DNA of 64,000 nt from an uncultured Gemmatimonadaceae bacterium (GTDB lineage Bacteria; Gemmatimonadota; Gemmatimonadetes; Gemmatimonadales; Gemmatimonadaceae): contig CAWBOC010000005.1 in assembly GCA_963790305.1 (NCBI GenBank), forward strand, positions 352,001 through 416,000, written 5' to 3'. Shown here piece by piece: positions 31,219 through 39,704 of this stretch; within the stretch, counting starts at the first letter, position 1; the number at the start of each line of letters is the position of its first letter. The notes under the pieces are model-generated. The model made no database searches. It was given only the letters and a program-made list of their open reading frames with translations, and was not told the origin of the DNA. Position numbers and translations under genes: made by a program.

Positions 31219-32055
31219 TCAGGGAAGAGTGAGCGTCTCGCCTGGTTCGAGGATGCGCACGCGCTGACGATGCTCGTAGCCCGGAAGTCGCGCCCGTAAC
31301 CGATCGATCGCGTCGAAGGCGCTTGCGCTGACGTGGTGGAACGTCCCCCAGTGGAAGGGGACAAAGTGCCGTGCTTGCGTTCGCTCGAAGAGGCTCAATG
31401 CATCAGCAGAAGTGAGGTGCCCTCGCCGAAATCCGGGTTTCCACCATGGCGCGTGACCAATGGGCAGGAGCGCCACGTCAAGCTGTCGGCCTCGCTCTGT
31501 CACATGCTCATGGACCACCCGGTCCGTGTGCTCTGTAAGAGCCGTGTCACCGGTGAAGAAAACGGTGTGCTGTTTTGTCAGGAGCAGGTACATGTTTGCC
31601 GCAGAACGCCAGCGGTCGATACCGTAACGGCTCCCATAGTGCTTGGCTGGCGCTGCCCGAATAGTTAGGCCGCCGACTGTGACACTCTCCTCCGGCGCCA
31701 GAGGCTCGGCATGACCGTAGCCGCGGCGAGCAAGCCAGCGTGCGACGGCTGGCGGGCTATAGAGCGGGATGTCCTGAGGGAGTGCATCGAGGCACGCAAA
31801 TGAGAGATGATCTGCATGAGCGTGGGTCAAGAGAAGTGCATCGATGGCCGGTAGGTCCCCGATCGAAATGCCAGGCGCGCTCACCCTGGGCAGAAAACGG
31901 CCGAGCCGGCCCCCAAAGTGAGGATCGGTCAGCACCCGCACGCCACCGAGCTCTAGTAGAAGTGTTGCGTGCCCAATGTAGGTAATACGAAGCGGCGGCA
32001 CAGCCTGAGCTGAGTCCGATTCAGAGCTACTGAACAGCTCACTTCGGACGTTCAT
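31219..32055 (-). CDS. MBL-fold metallohydrolase (NAPE-PLD/UlaG-like)
   Basis: GHAT, LTDP, THAHADH, GDT, LPIG, HWGTF. Confidence 0.88.
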   Translation of the reverse strand: MNVRSELFSSSESDSAQAVPPLRITYIGHATLLLELGGVRVLTDPHFGGRLGRFLPRVSAPGISIGDLPAIDALLLTHAHADHLSFACLDALPQDIPLYSPPAVARWLARRGYGHAEPLAPEESVTVGGLTIRAAPAKHYGSRYGIDRWRSAANMYLLLTKQHTVFFTGDTALTEHTDRVVHEHVTERGRQLDVALLPIGHAPWWKPGFRRGHLTSADALSLFERTQARHFVPFHWGTFHHVSASAFDAIDRLRARLPGYEHRQRVRILEPGETLTLP

Positions 32056-33686
32056 CGCCGCTTTGGTGGGACAGTCTGCCGGGCCCGCTCACGCGCGATG
32101 AGCCATTGCTGTGGCAACGCCGCGAAGTTTTGCACAGCGTAATAGAGGTTCAGCCCCGCAGCCAGATTCAGTAGCGCCACCGTCATGATGACTGGGAACA
32201 TGTAGCTCATCATCTTCGCCTGAGGATTCGGTGGTGCATTCCGCATACCGATCCACGAGAGCACATACATCGAGGCCCCCATAATGAGGGGGAGGATGTA
32301 GTAGGGGTCCTTCAAGGAAATATCAGCAAGCCACAGGAAGGACACACCACGGAACTCGATTGTATTCTGGAAAACGAAGAAGAGGGCGAACAACACCGGC
32401 ATTGGAATGAGCATTGGCAGACAGCCGCTGAACATGCTGAACGGGCTCATGTCATGCTCGCGATAGAGCCGGACCATTTCTTCCTGCTGCTTCTGCGGAT
32501 TCTCGCGATACTTCTTCTGAATGGCCGCCATTTCCGGCTGGATCGCCTGCATCTTCAGACTGCTGCGCATTGCCCGATGATTCAGCGGCCAGAGAATGAT
32601 GCGAACCGCAATGCCGAAAATGACCAGCACCCAGCCGTAGGATAGACGGAGTGTGTCATGCATCCAGAGCAGCGCGCGCATAACGATGGTGGCGAAAGGC
32701 TGAACTACGCCTTTCATGAAGCCACCATATGGGTTCGCGTGCTCCATATCACGGCCGAGCGTGCGAAGGCGCCGCCACTCTTGGGGACCAGCGTAAATCT
32801 CGAAGGAAAACCTTCCATTCTCGACTGGAAGGACGACGTGAGCATCTGCGGCGGTAGCAGGGCCGCCACTCCGGGGCGCTCCGACGAGATGCACACGTGA
32901 GAACGGGCTTCCGCCAGTAACAGGCATCAGCAGGCTTACCAAAAAATACTTGTTCTTACTGGCAACCCAGGTAAACGGGCCGTTCTCCTGACGATGCTCT
33001 GCTGAGTCGAGCTTGGAGAAGGCAACACTCCGAGCATCATCACGGAGTGGTTTGAGCGCAAATGCTAAATAGCGGCGGTCATCTTCGACATTCGCTTCCT
33101 CAGACCGTAGCCCGCGGGGCAGAGTTATGAGGAGCTCGCGAATACTCGACGGTGTCTCTCCGTTCAAGCGAAGAAGGTAGCCTTCAGGATCCAAGCGGTA
33201 GACAAGCGTGACCGGTCCTGCGGTGGTTGAACCGCGAAACACAATTGAGTCAGTACCCTGCTGATCCGCTGGCGTGGCAGAAAAGACAGTCCGATCCAGG
33301 GAAATTGTGTCGGTGCCTGAAACGAGACGAAATGCGACGAGTGGTACAGAGTCACGCACGAGCTGGACGCTTCCAGAGTCTCTGTTGAGCGCCTTGTACT
33401 CACGCAGCATGACACCCACGGGAGCCGCACCAAGGGTACTGAATTGGTAGGCCACTCGTTGCGTCTGCGTAACGAGTGTATCCGTGGGGAATGCCTCAGA
33501 GGGTGGTACCGTAGCTGGTACGTCCTGGCGGCTTGGAACAGCCACCGGAGGCACCACCAGTGTTTGTGCCGTATCGGTTGGAGCCGTACGTGCTGGCGAA
33601 CGCCGAGGTGCTGGAGGGAAGAGCATAGAACTCACAACGACCGCGAGTCCCGACAACAAAAGAGCGAGGGCTAGTCGTCTATCCAT
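32052..33686 (-). CDS. yidC: Membrane protein insertase YidC
   Basis: Periplasmic domain, GCLPMLIPMP, FLWLADISLKDPYYILP, GLNLYY. Confidence 0.96.
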   Translation of the reverse strand: MDRRLALALLLSGLAVVVSSMLFPPAPRRSPARTAPTDTAQTLVVPPVAVPSRQDVPATVPPSEAFPTDTLVTQTQRVAYQFSTLGAAPVGVMLREYKALNRDSGSVQLVRDSVPLVAFRLVSGTDTISLDRTVFSATPADQQGTDSIVFRGSTTAGPVTLVYRLDPEGYLLRLNGETPSSIRELLITLPRGLRSEEANVEDDRRYLAFALKPLRDDARSVAFSKLDSAEHRQENGPFTWVASKNKYFLVSLLMPVTGGSPFSRVHLVGAPRSGGPATAADAHVVLPVENGRFSFEIYAGPQEWRRLRTLGRDMEHANPYGGFMKGVVQPFATIVMRALLWMHDTLRLSYGWVLVIFGIAVRIILWPLNHRAMRSSLKMQAIQPEMAAIQKKYRENPQKQQEEMVRLYREHDMSPFSMFSGCLPMLIPMPVLFALFFVFQNTIEFRGVSFLWLADISLKDPYYILPLIMGASMYVLSWIGMRNAPPNPQAKMMSYMFPVIMTVALLNLAAGLNLYYAVQNFAALPQQWLIARERARQTVPPKRR

Positions 33687-33701
33687 GTGCAAGTGAGTCG
33701 G

Positions 33702-33914
33702 TCATGGGACAGGGTCGTATCCACCAGCATGAAAGGGATGGCAGCGCGCAATGCGTTTGGCAGCGAGCCAGCTTCCACGCCGTGCTCCGTGCTTCTCTAG
33801 CGCTTCAACCGCATATGCGGAGCAGCTTGGATAGTAACGGCACGCCGCAGGTAGCAACGGGGAAAGGACAATTTGATAGCCCCGCACGAGTGCAATTAGT
33901 ACCCATCGGATCAT
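33702..33914 (-). CDS. yidD: Membrane protein insertion efficiency factor YidD
   Basis: [20 protein letters not shown]. Confidence 0.96.
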   Translation of the reverse strand: MIRWVLIALVRGYQIVLSPLLPAACRYYPSCSAYAVEALEKHGARRGSWLAAKRIARCHPFHAGGYDPVP

Positions 33915-33924
33915 TGCTCTACGC

Positions 33925-34281
33925 TCACTCGCTCCTCTGCAAAGTCCGAGTCAACCGGTGTATACCCTGAAGGAGCTCGAGTTGAAGCTCATTGAATGAG
34001 GCGTCATAAGCTTCCACGCGAGCGTAAATCACTACATCGAGTGGGTACAGCCCTGAAAGAACATGGAGACGAATGATCTCACGAAGTCTACGCTTGAGCC
34101 TGTTACGATCCGTTGTCGTACGGCCCCGCTTCGGAACAACAATGCCAATTCGTGGATGAGCCAAAGGGGAAGCGATTGCTCGGACGTCAAGGAGCTTCGT
34201 CCGAGTACGCTTCCCCTCTCGCAATACAGCTGTCAGCTCCGCTTTGCCCGTCAGGCGGTGGGTTCGCGGAAAAAGATATCG
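33925..34281 (-). CDS. rnpA: RNase P protein (start codon unresolved)
   Basis: [27 protein letters not shown] segment lies upstream of the first TTG (34224); canonical gene position. Confidence 0.9.
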   Translation of the reverse strand, partial: RYLFPRTHRLTGKAELTAVLREGKRTRTKLLDVRAIASPLAHPRIGIVVPKRGRTTTDRNRLKRRLREIIRLHVLSGLYPLDVVIYARVEAYDASFNELQLELLQGIHRLTRTLQRSE

Positions 34282-34282
34282 G

Positions 34283-34447
34283 TCAGGCGCTGGCGTACTT
34301 CGAAGGCAGTTGAACGGTGAGGCGCTTGCGCCCCTTCTTTCGACGACGACTCAGTGTTTCCCTCCCCCATCGCGTCGACATACGCGTGCGAAACCCGTGG
34401 GTTTTCACGCGCCGCTTGTTACGGGGGCGGTAGGTAGGCTTACCCAT
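34283..34447 (-). CDS. rpmH: 50S ribosomal protein L34
   Basis: [21 protein letters not shown]...GRKRL; GGAG RBS. Confidence 0.97.
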   Translation of the reverse strand: MGKPTYRPRNKRRVKTHGFRTRMSTRWGRETLSRRRKKGRKRLTVQLPSKYASA

Positions 34448-34488
34448 GGAATCTCCAACCTTCAGGTAACGGCGACTAGAGAACCGTA

Positions 34489-34517
34489 AACCTAGCCTCG
34501 ACAGCAAGATACGTCAA
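34489..34517 (-). promoter_or_regulatory. sigma70 promoter for rpmH
   Basis: TTGACG-N17-TAGGTT. Confidence 0.65.
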
Positions 34518-34548
34518 GCAGCCTCTACACTCATCTGTACAGAGATCG

Positions 34549-34602
34549 TTGACATTTCCACATTCAAGCCGTAGCTTCGGCGCCCCTCGCCACTTTTCCA
34601 CA
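34549..34602 (+). promoter_or_regulatory. sigma70 promoter for dnaA with two DnaA-box-like sites
   Basis: TTGACA-N17-TAGCTT; ATTTCCACA 34554-34562; TTTTCCACA 34594-34602. Confidence 0.7.
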
Positions 34603-34608
34603 TCAAAA

Positions 34609-35997
34609 ATGTCACTGGCTCCCTCTGACGTCTGGACCCGCCTCCTAGACCAGGCGCGACGGCAACTTCCAGAGCAGGTAATCCGAACCTGGCTCGAGCC
34701 CTCTGAAGCACTAAAGGTCGAAGGCAATACGCTATTCATCGGTGTGCCAGATCGTTTTGCGGCAGACTGGAATGAGTCAAAGCACGGGCCACTGCTAGCT
34801 TCGCTAGCACCTGTAGCGCTCGGTCATCCGCTCAACGTGGTATTCCGCGTCCATGATGAGCAGAAGACGCGACCCCAGATGGATTTCTTTGTCGCGCCCC
34901 TGCCAGAGAAGGGATTAGCCACCGATGTACTCGCCGCTCCAAACAGTCAGTTAAGTGGGCGGTATACCTTCGATAACTTCGTGATCGGAAAGTCTAACGA
35001 GCTAGCTGCCGCAGCTGCCCAAGCAGTAGCAGAGGCTCCGGGAAAGGTCTACAACCCACTTTTCATCTACGGACAGACAGGCCTGGGAAAGACACATCTC
35101 ATGCAGGCTGTAGCCCATGACATTCTCCAGCGGAATCCACGAACCCGGTTAGCCTTCATCGGTACTGAACAGTTTACCAATGAGCTAGTCGGCTCGATCC
35201 AAGGCCGTACTACACAGGAGTTTAGGCGGCGCTACCGCGAGATTGACCTGCTCCTTGTCGACGACATTCACTTCCTCAAAGGGAAGGAAGCCACCCAAGA
35301 GGAGTTCTTTCACACTTTCAACGCCCTCTACGAAGCCGGCCGCCAGATCATCTTGACCAGCGATCGCCCGCCATCGGAGATCGCGGGTCTCGAAGCACGG
35401 CTTGTAAGCCGCTTCCAGTGGGGAATGGTAGCCGACATTGAGCAGCCTGACCTTGAGCACAGGACAGCAATCCTGAAGAACAAGGCAGCCCTGGACCATC
35501 TTGAGCTCACAATTCCCGATGACGTCATCGGATTCATCGCCGAAAATGTTCGCTCAAGTGTCCGAGAGCTTGAAGGCTCAATAATCCGGCTCCTCGCCTA
35601 CGCTTCCCTCAGACACCGGGAAATAACCGTTGAACTAGCCAGAGAAGCGTTACGAGACAAGCTTAAAAACGGAGATCAAGCGGCAGATCTACAGGACGTA
35701 GGAATATCAGTACCAACTATTCAGAGCATTGTGGCAAAGGAATGGGGAGTAACCACTGAGGGCCTACGTTCTAAGGTAAGAACAAAGACACTTACCGTCC
35801 CTCGACAGGTCGCAATGTTCCTCATACGAGAACTCCTCGGCTTACAGCTCGTAGAAATAGGCTTGGCATTTGGAGGCCGAGATCATTCCACCGTGATCCA
35901 CAGCCTCGATCGGGTTCAAGAGGAGCTAAAATCAAACCCAGCCTTCCAGTCTCGAGTACAGCACCTACGCCACCAATTAGAACTAACAAGACACTAA
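34609..35997 (+). CDS. dnaA: Chromosomal replication initiator DnaA
   Basis: YTFDNFV, NPLFIYG.TGLGKTHL, QEEFFHTFN, GGRDHSTV. Confidence 0.98.
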   Translation: MSLAPSDVWTRLLDQARRQLPEQVIRTWLEPSEALKVEGNTLFIGVPDRFAADWNESKHGPLLASLAPVALGHPLNVVFRVHDEQKTRPQMDFFVAPLPEKGLATDVLAAPNSQLSGRYTFDNFVIGKSNELAAAAAQAVAEAPGKVYNPLFIYGQTGLGKTHLMQAVAHDILQRNPRTRLAFIGTEQFTNELVGSIQGRTTQEFRRRYREIDLLLVDDIHFLKGKEATQEEFFHTFNALYEAGRQIILTSDRPPSEIAGLEARLVSRFQWGMVADIEQPDLEHRTAILKNKAALDHLELTIPDDVIGFIAENVRSSVRELEGSIIRLLAYASLRHREITVELAREALRDKLKNGDQAADLQDVGISVPTIQSIVAKEWGVTTEGLRSKVRTKTLTVPRQVAMFLIRELLGLQLVEIGLAFGGRDHSTVIHSLDRVQEELKSNPAFQSRVQHLRHQLELTRH

Positions 35998-36215
35998 ATA
36001 AAGCAGCCCTGTTAATAAGCAGACCAGCACTGGATTGCCCTCATCTACTAACACTCCCCCTCATACATTCAACATATACTACCATCACGTAACTAAATCA
36101 GATATCGTAGCTTCCAGAGCTCTTCCACAAGTACACAGTCTCTATTGCTACTACTAGCTGTCTTTTAAATAGAGAAGTACTAGAGCAACCCCCCTCAACT
36201 CCTCACGGAGCTGGA
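35998..36215. other. oriC: oriC (dnaA-dnaN intergenic region)
   Basis: AT-rich; tandem boxes TCTTCCACA/AGTACACAG then CTA repeats and an AT tract; local C>G to G>C skew switch. Confidence 0.85.
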
Positions 36216-37328
36216 ATGCGTTTCACGATCACTCGAGAGAAACTTCAGGAAGGGCTTAGTGCAGTTACAGCAAGCATTCCAGCCAAGACTACCCTTCCTG
36301 TCTTGGCTAATCTTTTAGTTGAGACGACAGAGCGAGGAATCCGCCTGTCGGGAACAGATCTCGATATAGCAGTGAGCACTGAGGTAGTAGCAGATGTGGA
36401 TGGCCAGGGTGCTATTACGATACCAGCGAAAAAGCTGGCTGAGATAGCTCGTGAGCTACCGTCCGCTCCAGTACGGGTATCGGCTACTGGAGAGCAGCGG
36501 GTGACACTCGAGTGTGGCAAGACCCGATTTCGTCTCCTTGGGTTACCAAAAGATGAATTCCCAAGCTTTCCATCTGTTCGGTTTTCAGAGAGCTGGCGAG
36601 TACGTTCAGGAGATCTGCAGAAGCTGATTTCTCATACAGCCTTTGCTGCTTCAACAGAGGAAAGTCGGCCAATCCTAAATGGTGTCCTTTGGGAAATGCG
36701 CCCAGGCCATATGCGTATGGTCGCAACTAACGGTCACCGTTTAGCCAAAATCGAGTTGCCTCTGGAGTCAGTTGGAGCTCCATCAGCAGATTTGATTGTG
36801 CCACCTAAGGCACTGGAGCAGATTCGCCGTCTTTTTGCTGCCGAGGAAGATCTTGAAATTGCACGGGGTGATAACCACCTAGGATTTCGATCTCCATTTA
36901 CCGCAGTTTTTACGCGGTTGATTGAGGGACCATATCCGAACTACGAGCAGGTCATTCCACGAGATAACGAACGCGTAGCTATAGCCGACCGAAATGCATT
37001 GTTCCAGGCGCTAAAGCGCATGTCGATTATTGCTTCCGACCAGACACATCGCATTCGATTGGCGTTCAACAGCGGTATGGTAAAGTTCAGTGTTCAGACG
37101 CCAGATCTTGGTGAGGCGCAAGATGAGCTGTCGGTGAGCTATGAGGGGGATCCGTTGGAGATTGGCTTCAATGCTAGCTATTTGCTCGAAATTCTCCGCT
37201 ATATGCCAACCGACGAGGTGCGGCTGACATTCAAGGCACCAGAACGTGCTGCCACGGTTGAGCCTATGGGGTGGAATGATCCGGCAAAGTATTTGTGTCT
37301 CGTTATGCCGCTTCGCCTTGTTGACTGA
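36216..37328 (+). CDS. dnaN: DNA polymerase III beta clamp
   Basis: GTDL, SRPILNG, ATNGHRL, LIEGPYPNYEQVIP, VMPLRL. Confidence 0.98.
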   Translation: MRFTITREKLQEGLSAVTASIPAKTTLPVLANLLVETTERGIRLSGTDLDIAVSTEVVADVDGQGAITIPAKKLAEIARELPSAPVRVSATGEQRVTLECGKTRFRLLGLPKDEFPSFPSVRFSESWRVRSGDLQKLISHTAFAASTEESRPILNGVLWEMRPGHMRMVATNGHRLAKIELPLESVGAPSADLIVPPKALEQIRRLFAAEEDLEIARGDNHLGFRSPFTAVFTRLIEGPYPNYEQVIPRDNERVAIADRNALFQALKRMSIIASDQTHRIRLAFNSGMVKFSVQTPDLGEAQDELSVSYEGDPLEIGFNASYLLEILRYMPTDEVRLTFKAPERAATVEPMGWNDPAKYLCLVMPLRLVD

Positions 37329-37337
37329 AGACTTGCG

Positions 37338-38213
37338 CTAACGCCTATCGAGTCCTTCGAGCTGGATCTCTTGGTTTGAAGTCTGACTGAATATGGTCGT
37401 CAGACTTCCGAGCTGTACTCTGATCGTTCCTTCAGACTGTGTTTGTACCAGGGAAGGGAGACGATTACCGGTTGCAAATGAGACTTTCCCCCGGGTCGAG
37501 ACCGACCCGGTTACCATAAGGGAATCTCGACGAAGGACTCCAGCCCCTTGTATTTCCGTTTGCTGCCGGAGAGCAAGCTCGCCTGAATCCTGTCCTTGGT
37601 CCTGTAGCTCTCGAGTAGTGACGAGCTTAATAGCTACACCTGCTCGGCACGCTTGGTGTGTAGCTGTATCGGTGTAGATCTTTCTTTGTGGGCTTTCTAT
37701 TTGGAATTGTAGCTCGGGCAGGAGGAGCTCACGTGCAGCACTCACGAACTGGCCATAAGCACATAACGAGTCTGGTAGTCGTGTTTCTACCGTGACTCCA
37801 GTGGGTGAAAACCGTGTGTGTAATACGGAATCGAGGGAGACTACCTGACTGAATCCACGGGATGGGATCGAACCGTGTGTACTTATGAATATCGAATCGA
37901 ATGAGACCGTGACTCGTATACTCGAGTCAGGTTCTGACGTGACTACAACGAGAACAACAGCTCGTGTACTAATAGTGCTGGGCACTGTATCAGCTGAGCC
38001 TTCAGCGTTGATCTGAACTGTTTGCTGGAACCGATACCGGTATGTATTTGGTGAAAAGCGGAGATATCTCAGCGCAGGGCGGTCAGTGGGTGGCAATCCT
38101 GTAGGCCCTGGGGTTGGTAGGGGTGGTGAGACTGCTCGTGGCGTACACGCGCCGGCAATCCCAGCCACGAGAATCAGGACTGCGCTGATGTTCTGTAGGT
38201 GCATGATCCTCAT
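37338..38213 (-). CDS. Hypothetical lipoprotein
   Basis: Lipobox-like IAGAC, Pro-rich linker, beta-rich body. Confidence 0.7.
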   Translation of the reverse strand: MRIMHLQNISAVLILVAGIAGACTPRAVSPPLPTPGPTGLPPTDRPALRYLRFSPNTYRYRFQQTVQINAEGSADTVPSTISTRAVVLVVVTSEPDSSIRVTVSFDSIFISTHGSIPSRGFSQVVSLDSVLHTRFSPTGVTVETRLPDSLCAYGQFVSAARELLLPELQFQIESPQRKIYTDTATHQACRAGVAIKLVTTRELQDQGQDSGELALRQQTEIQGAGVLRRDSLMVTGSVSTRGKVSFATGNRLPSLVQTQSEGTIRVQLGSLTTIFSQTSNQEIQLEGLDRR

Positions 38214-38218
38214 ATGAT

Positions 38219-38258
38219 AACTGGCCTCTTACGGTAGGATCACCGCAAGAGGCCAGTT
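38219..38258 (-). terminator. Hairpin immediately 3' of rnpB
   Basis: AACTGGCCTCTT ... AAGAGGCCAGTT. Confidence 0.65.
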
Positions 38259-38268
38259 CGTTTCCAAT

Positions 38269-38645
38269 GTGCAGCCTGTAAGCCGGGTTCTGTCGGACAA
38301 TTGCTTGTCCGGACGGTCATTCCTCTTGGGGTACGATCGCTCGGACCCTCTAGCAGCCTACCCGCGGTGTCTTAGTCGGGGCGGAACCACCCCTCACCGC
38401 CTATTCGGCCTTGCTCCAGCCGGGGTTTACCCTGCCACATGTGTTACCACACGTGCGGTGAGCTCTTACCTCGCCGTTTCACCCTTGCCTGAGCCAGCGA
38501 TGAAGCTGGCCATCGGCGGTCTATTCTCTGTGGCACTTTCCGTCGTCTCACGACGCCCAGACGTTATCTGGCGGCTCGTCCTATGGAGCCCGGACTTTCC
38601 TCGGCGCCTACGGATGTCGCAGTTGCCGCGACCGTCCAGCTGCAC
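38269..38645 (-). ncRNA. rnpB: RNase P RNA, class A
   Basis: GAGGAAAGTCCGGGC, GGAAAGTGCCACAG, GGGTGAAACGG, GGTAAACCCC..GAGCAAG, ACAGAACCCGGCTTA; P1 GTGCAGC/GCTGCAC. Confidence 0.97.
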
Positions 38646-38651
38646 GACTGA

Positions 38652-38681
38652 AGTATAATCGTATTCCTGACCACATTCCAA
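38652..38681 (-). promoter_or_regulatory. sigma70 promoter of rnpB
   Basis: TTGGAA-N18-TATACT, 6 nt before the P1 5' strand. Confidence 0.65.
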
Positions 38682-38702
38682 TTGGTGTCTCTCTGCAACT
38701 AT

Positions 38703-39512
38703 TCACTGCGTCCTCGGAATAGCCCTCCAGATTGATCGTTCCTTGGCGTAATAGAACGCTCCGTTATTTCCCCACTGGCCGGCGGATGAAGGAAGTCCAG
38801 TCGATCGCCCGGTAAGACTGTCAATTGGCTGTATGTGCCCACTCGGCAGGTGTGCGAGATACCAGGTGGGGTTAGCTGTAGCCCCTTGGTCATCATTCGC
38901 TACAACATGCACTGCCGCGAAGGTGTCACCAGGCGCGAGGATGACGCTGTCAGCTCGGTACCGCAGCGTAGACCTCTGAGGAGTCCCCCCAGGCTGCACC
39001 CGAATCGAATCAATGAATGCCTGGGCTCGCGATAATGCTGCGGTGTTTGAGTTCCCCGGCTGGAGGAGAATAGGAGGGCGGGACTGAGACCCGGTGACAT
39101 CGAGTGCCTCGAGTTGCGCGGCATGCGCATCGACAACTACGCGCACGCCCTGCCCAGTTCCGGCAGTGAAGCTGAGTTGGTGCGGTCCACTCCACCAAAA
39201 CGCATTGATTGAGTCGGGCCATGCGAGTTGCGCCCCGGCTGTGCCTGTAGACTCGACGACTCCAAGCCCTCGGCTGATTCCCTTTGCGGGATCCGCGAAG
39301 AGGAACGCAACACTTCCCCCATCGGGTTCTGGCTGAAGGCGATGAATCCAGGCGGAGTCACTGAGGGTGTCAATTCCGACGACCCCGATCATAGCCAGCG
39401 GACTCGTTACAGTCGCAAGCTGCGAGGCGACCGCGGTCCTCGCGTCTCTATCCTGACCAACGCACCCCGAAAGGATTCCAGAGATGCTGGCCAGCAGAAG
39501 GGCTCGATACAT
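38703..39512 (-). CDS. Hypothetical lipoprotein
   Basis: Lipobox LSGC; beta-propeller-like motifs. Confidence 0.7.
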   Translation of the reverse strand: MYRALLLASISGILSGCVGQDRDARTAVASQLATVTSPLAMIGVVGIDTLSDSAWIHRLQPEPDGGSVAFLFADPAKGISRGLGVVESTGTAGAQLAWPDSINAFWWSGPHQLSFTAGTGQGVRVVVDAHAAQLEALDVTGSQSRPPILLQPGNSNTAALSRAQAFIDSIRVQPGGTPQRSTLRYRADSVILAPGDTFAAVHVVANDDQGATANPTWYLAHLPSGHIQPIDSLTGRSTGLPSSAGQWGNNGAFYYAKERSIWRAIPRTQ

Positions 39513-39704
39513 GATCCCGTCCAGCCTGCAAGAGACGGGCGCACATCATCTGTGGTCGCCTACCTGTTTGTTTTCCAACTGACCTCTCGAGCTGCTGATC
39601 TGATACTTTGGCCGAAAAACTACCACTCAACGACTCAGATGTGATGACGGGGTACTGACCTTGGCTTCCGATCCTCTTACTAGCCCAAACCTGAGGATCG
39701 CCTG

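Noticed and set aside
34283..34507. Thermus-like rnpA start upstream of rpmH
   Set aside because: In-frame TGA at 34351-34353 blocks the rnpA frame
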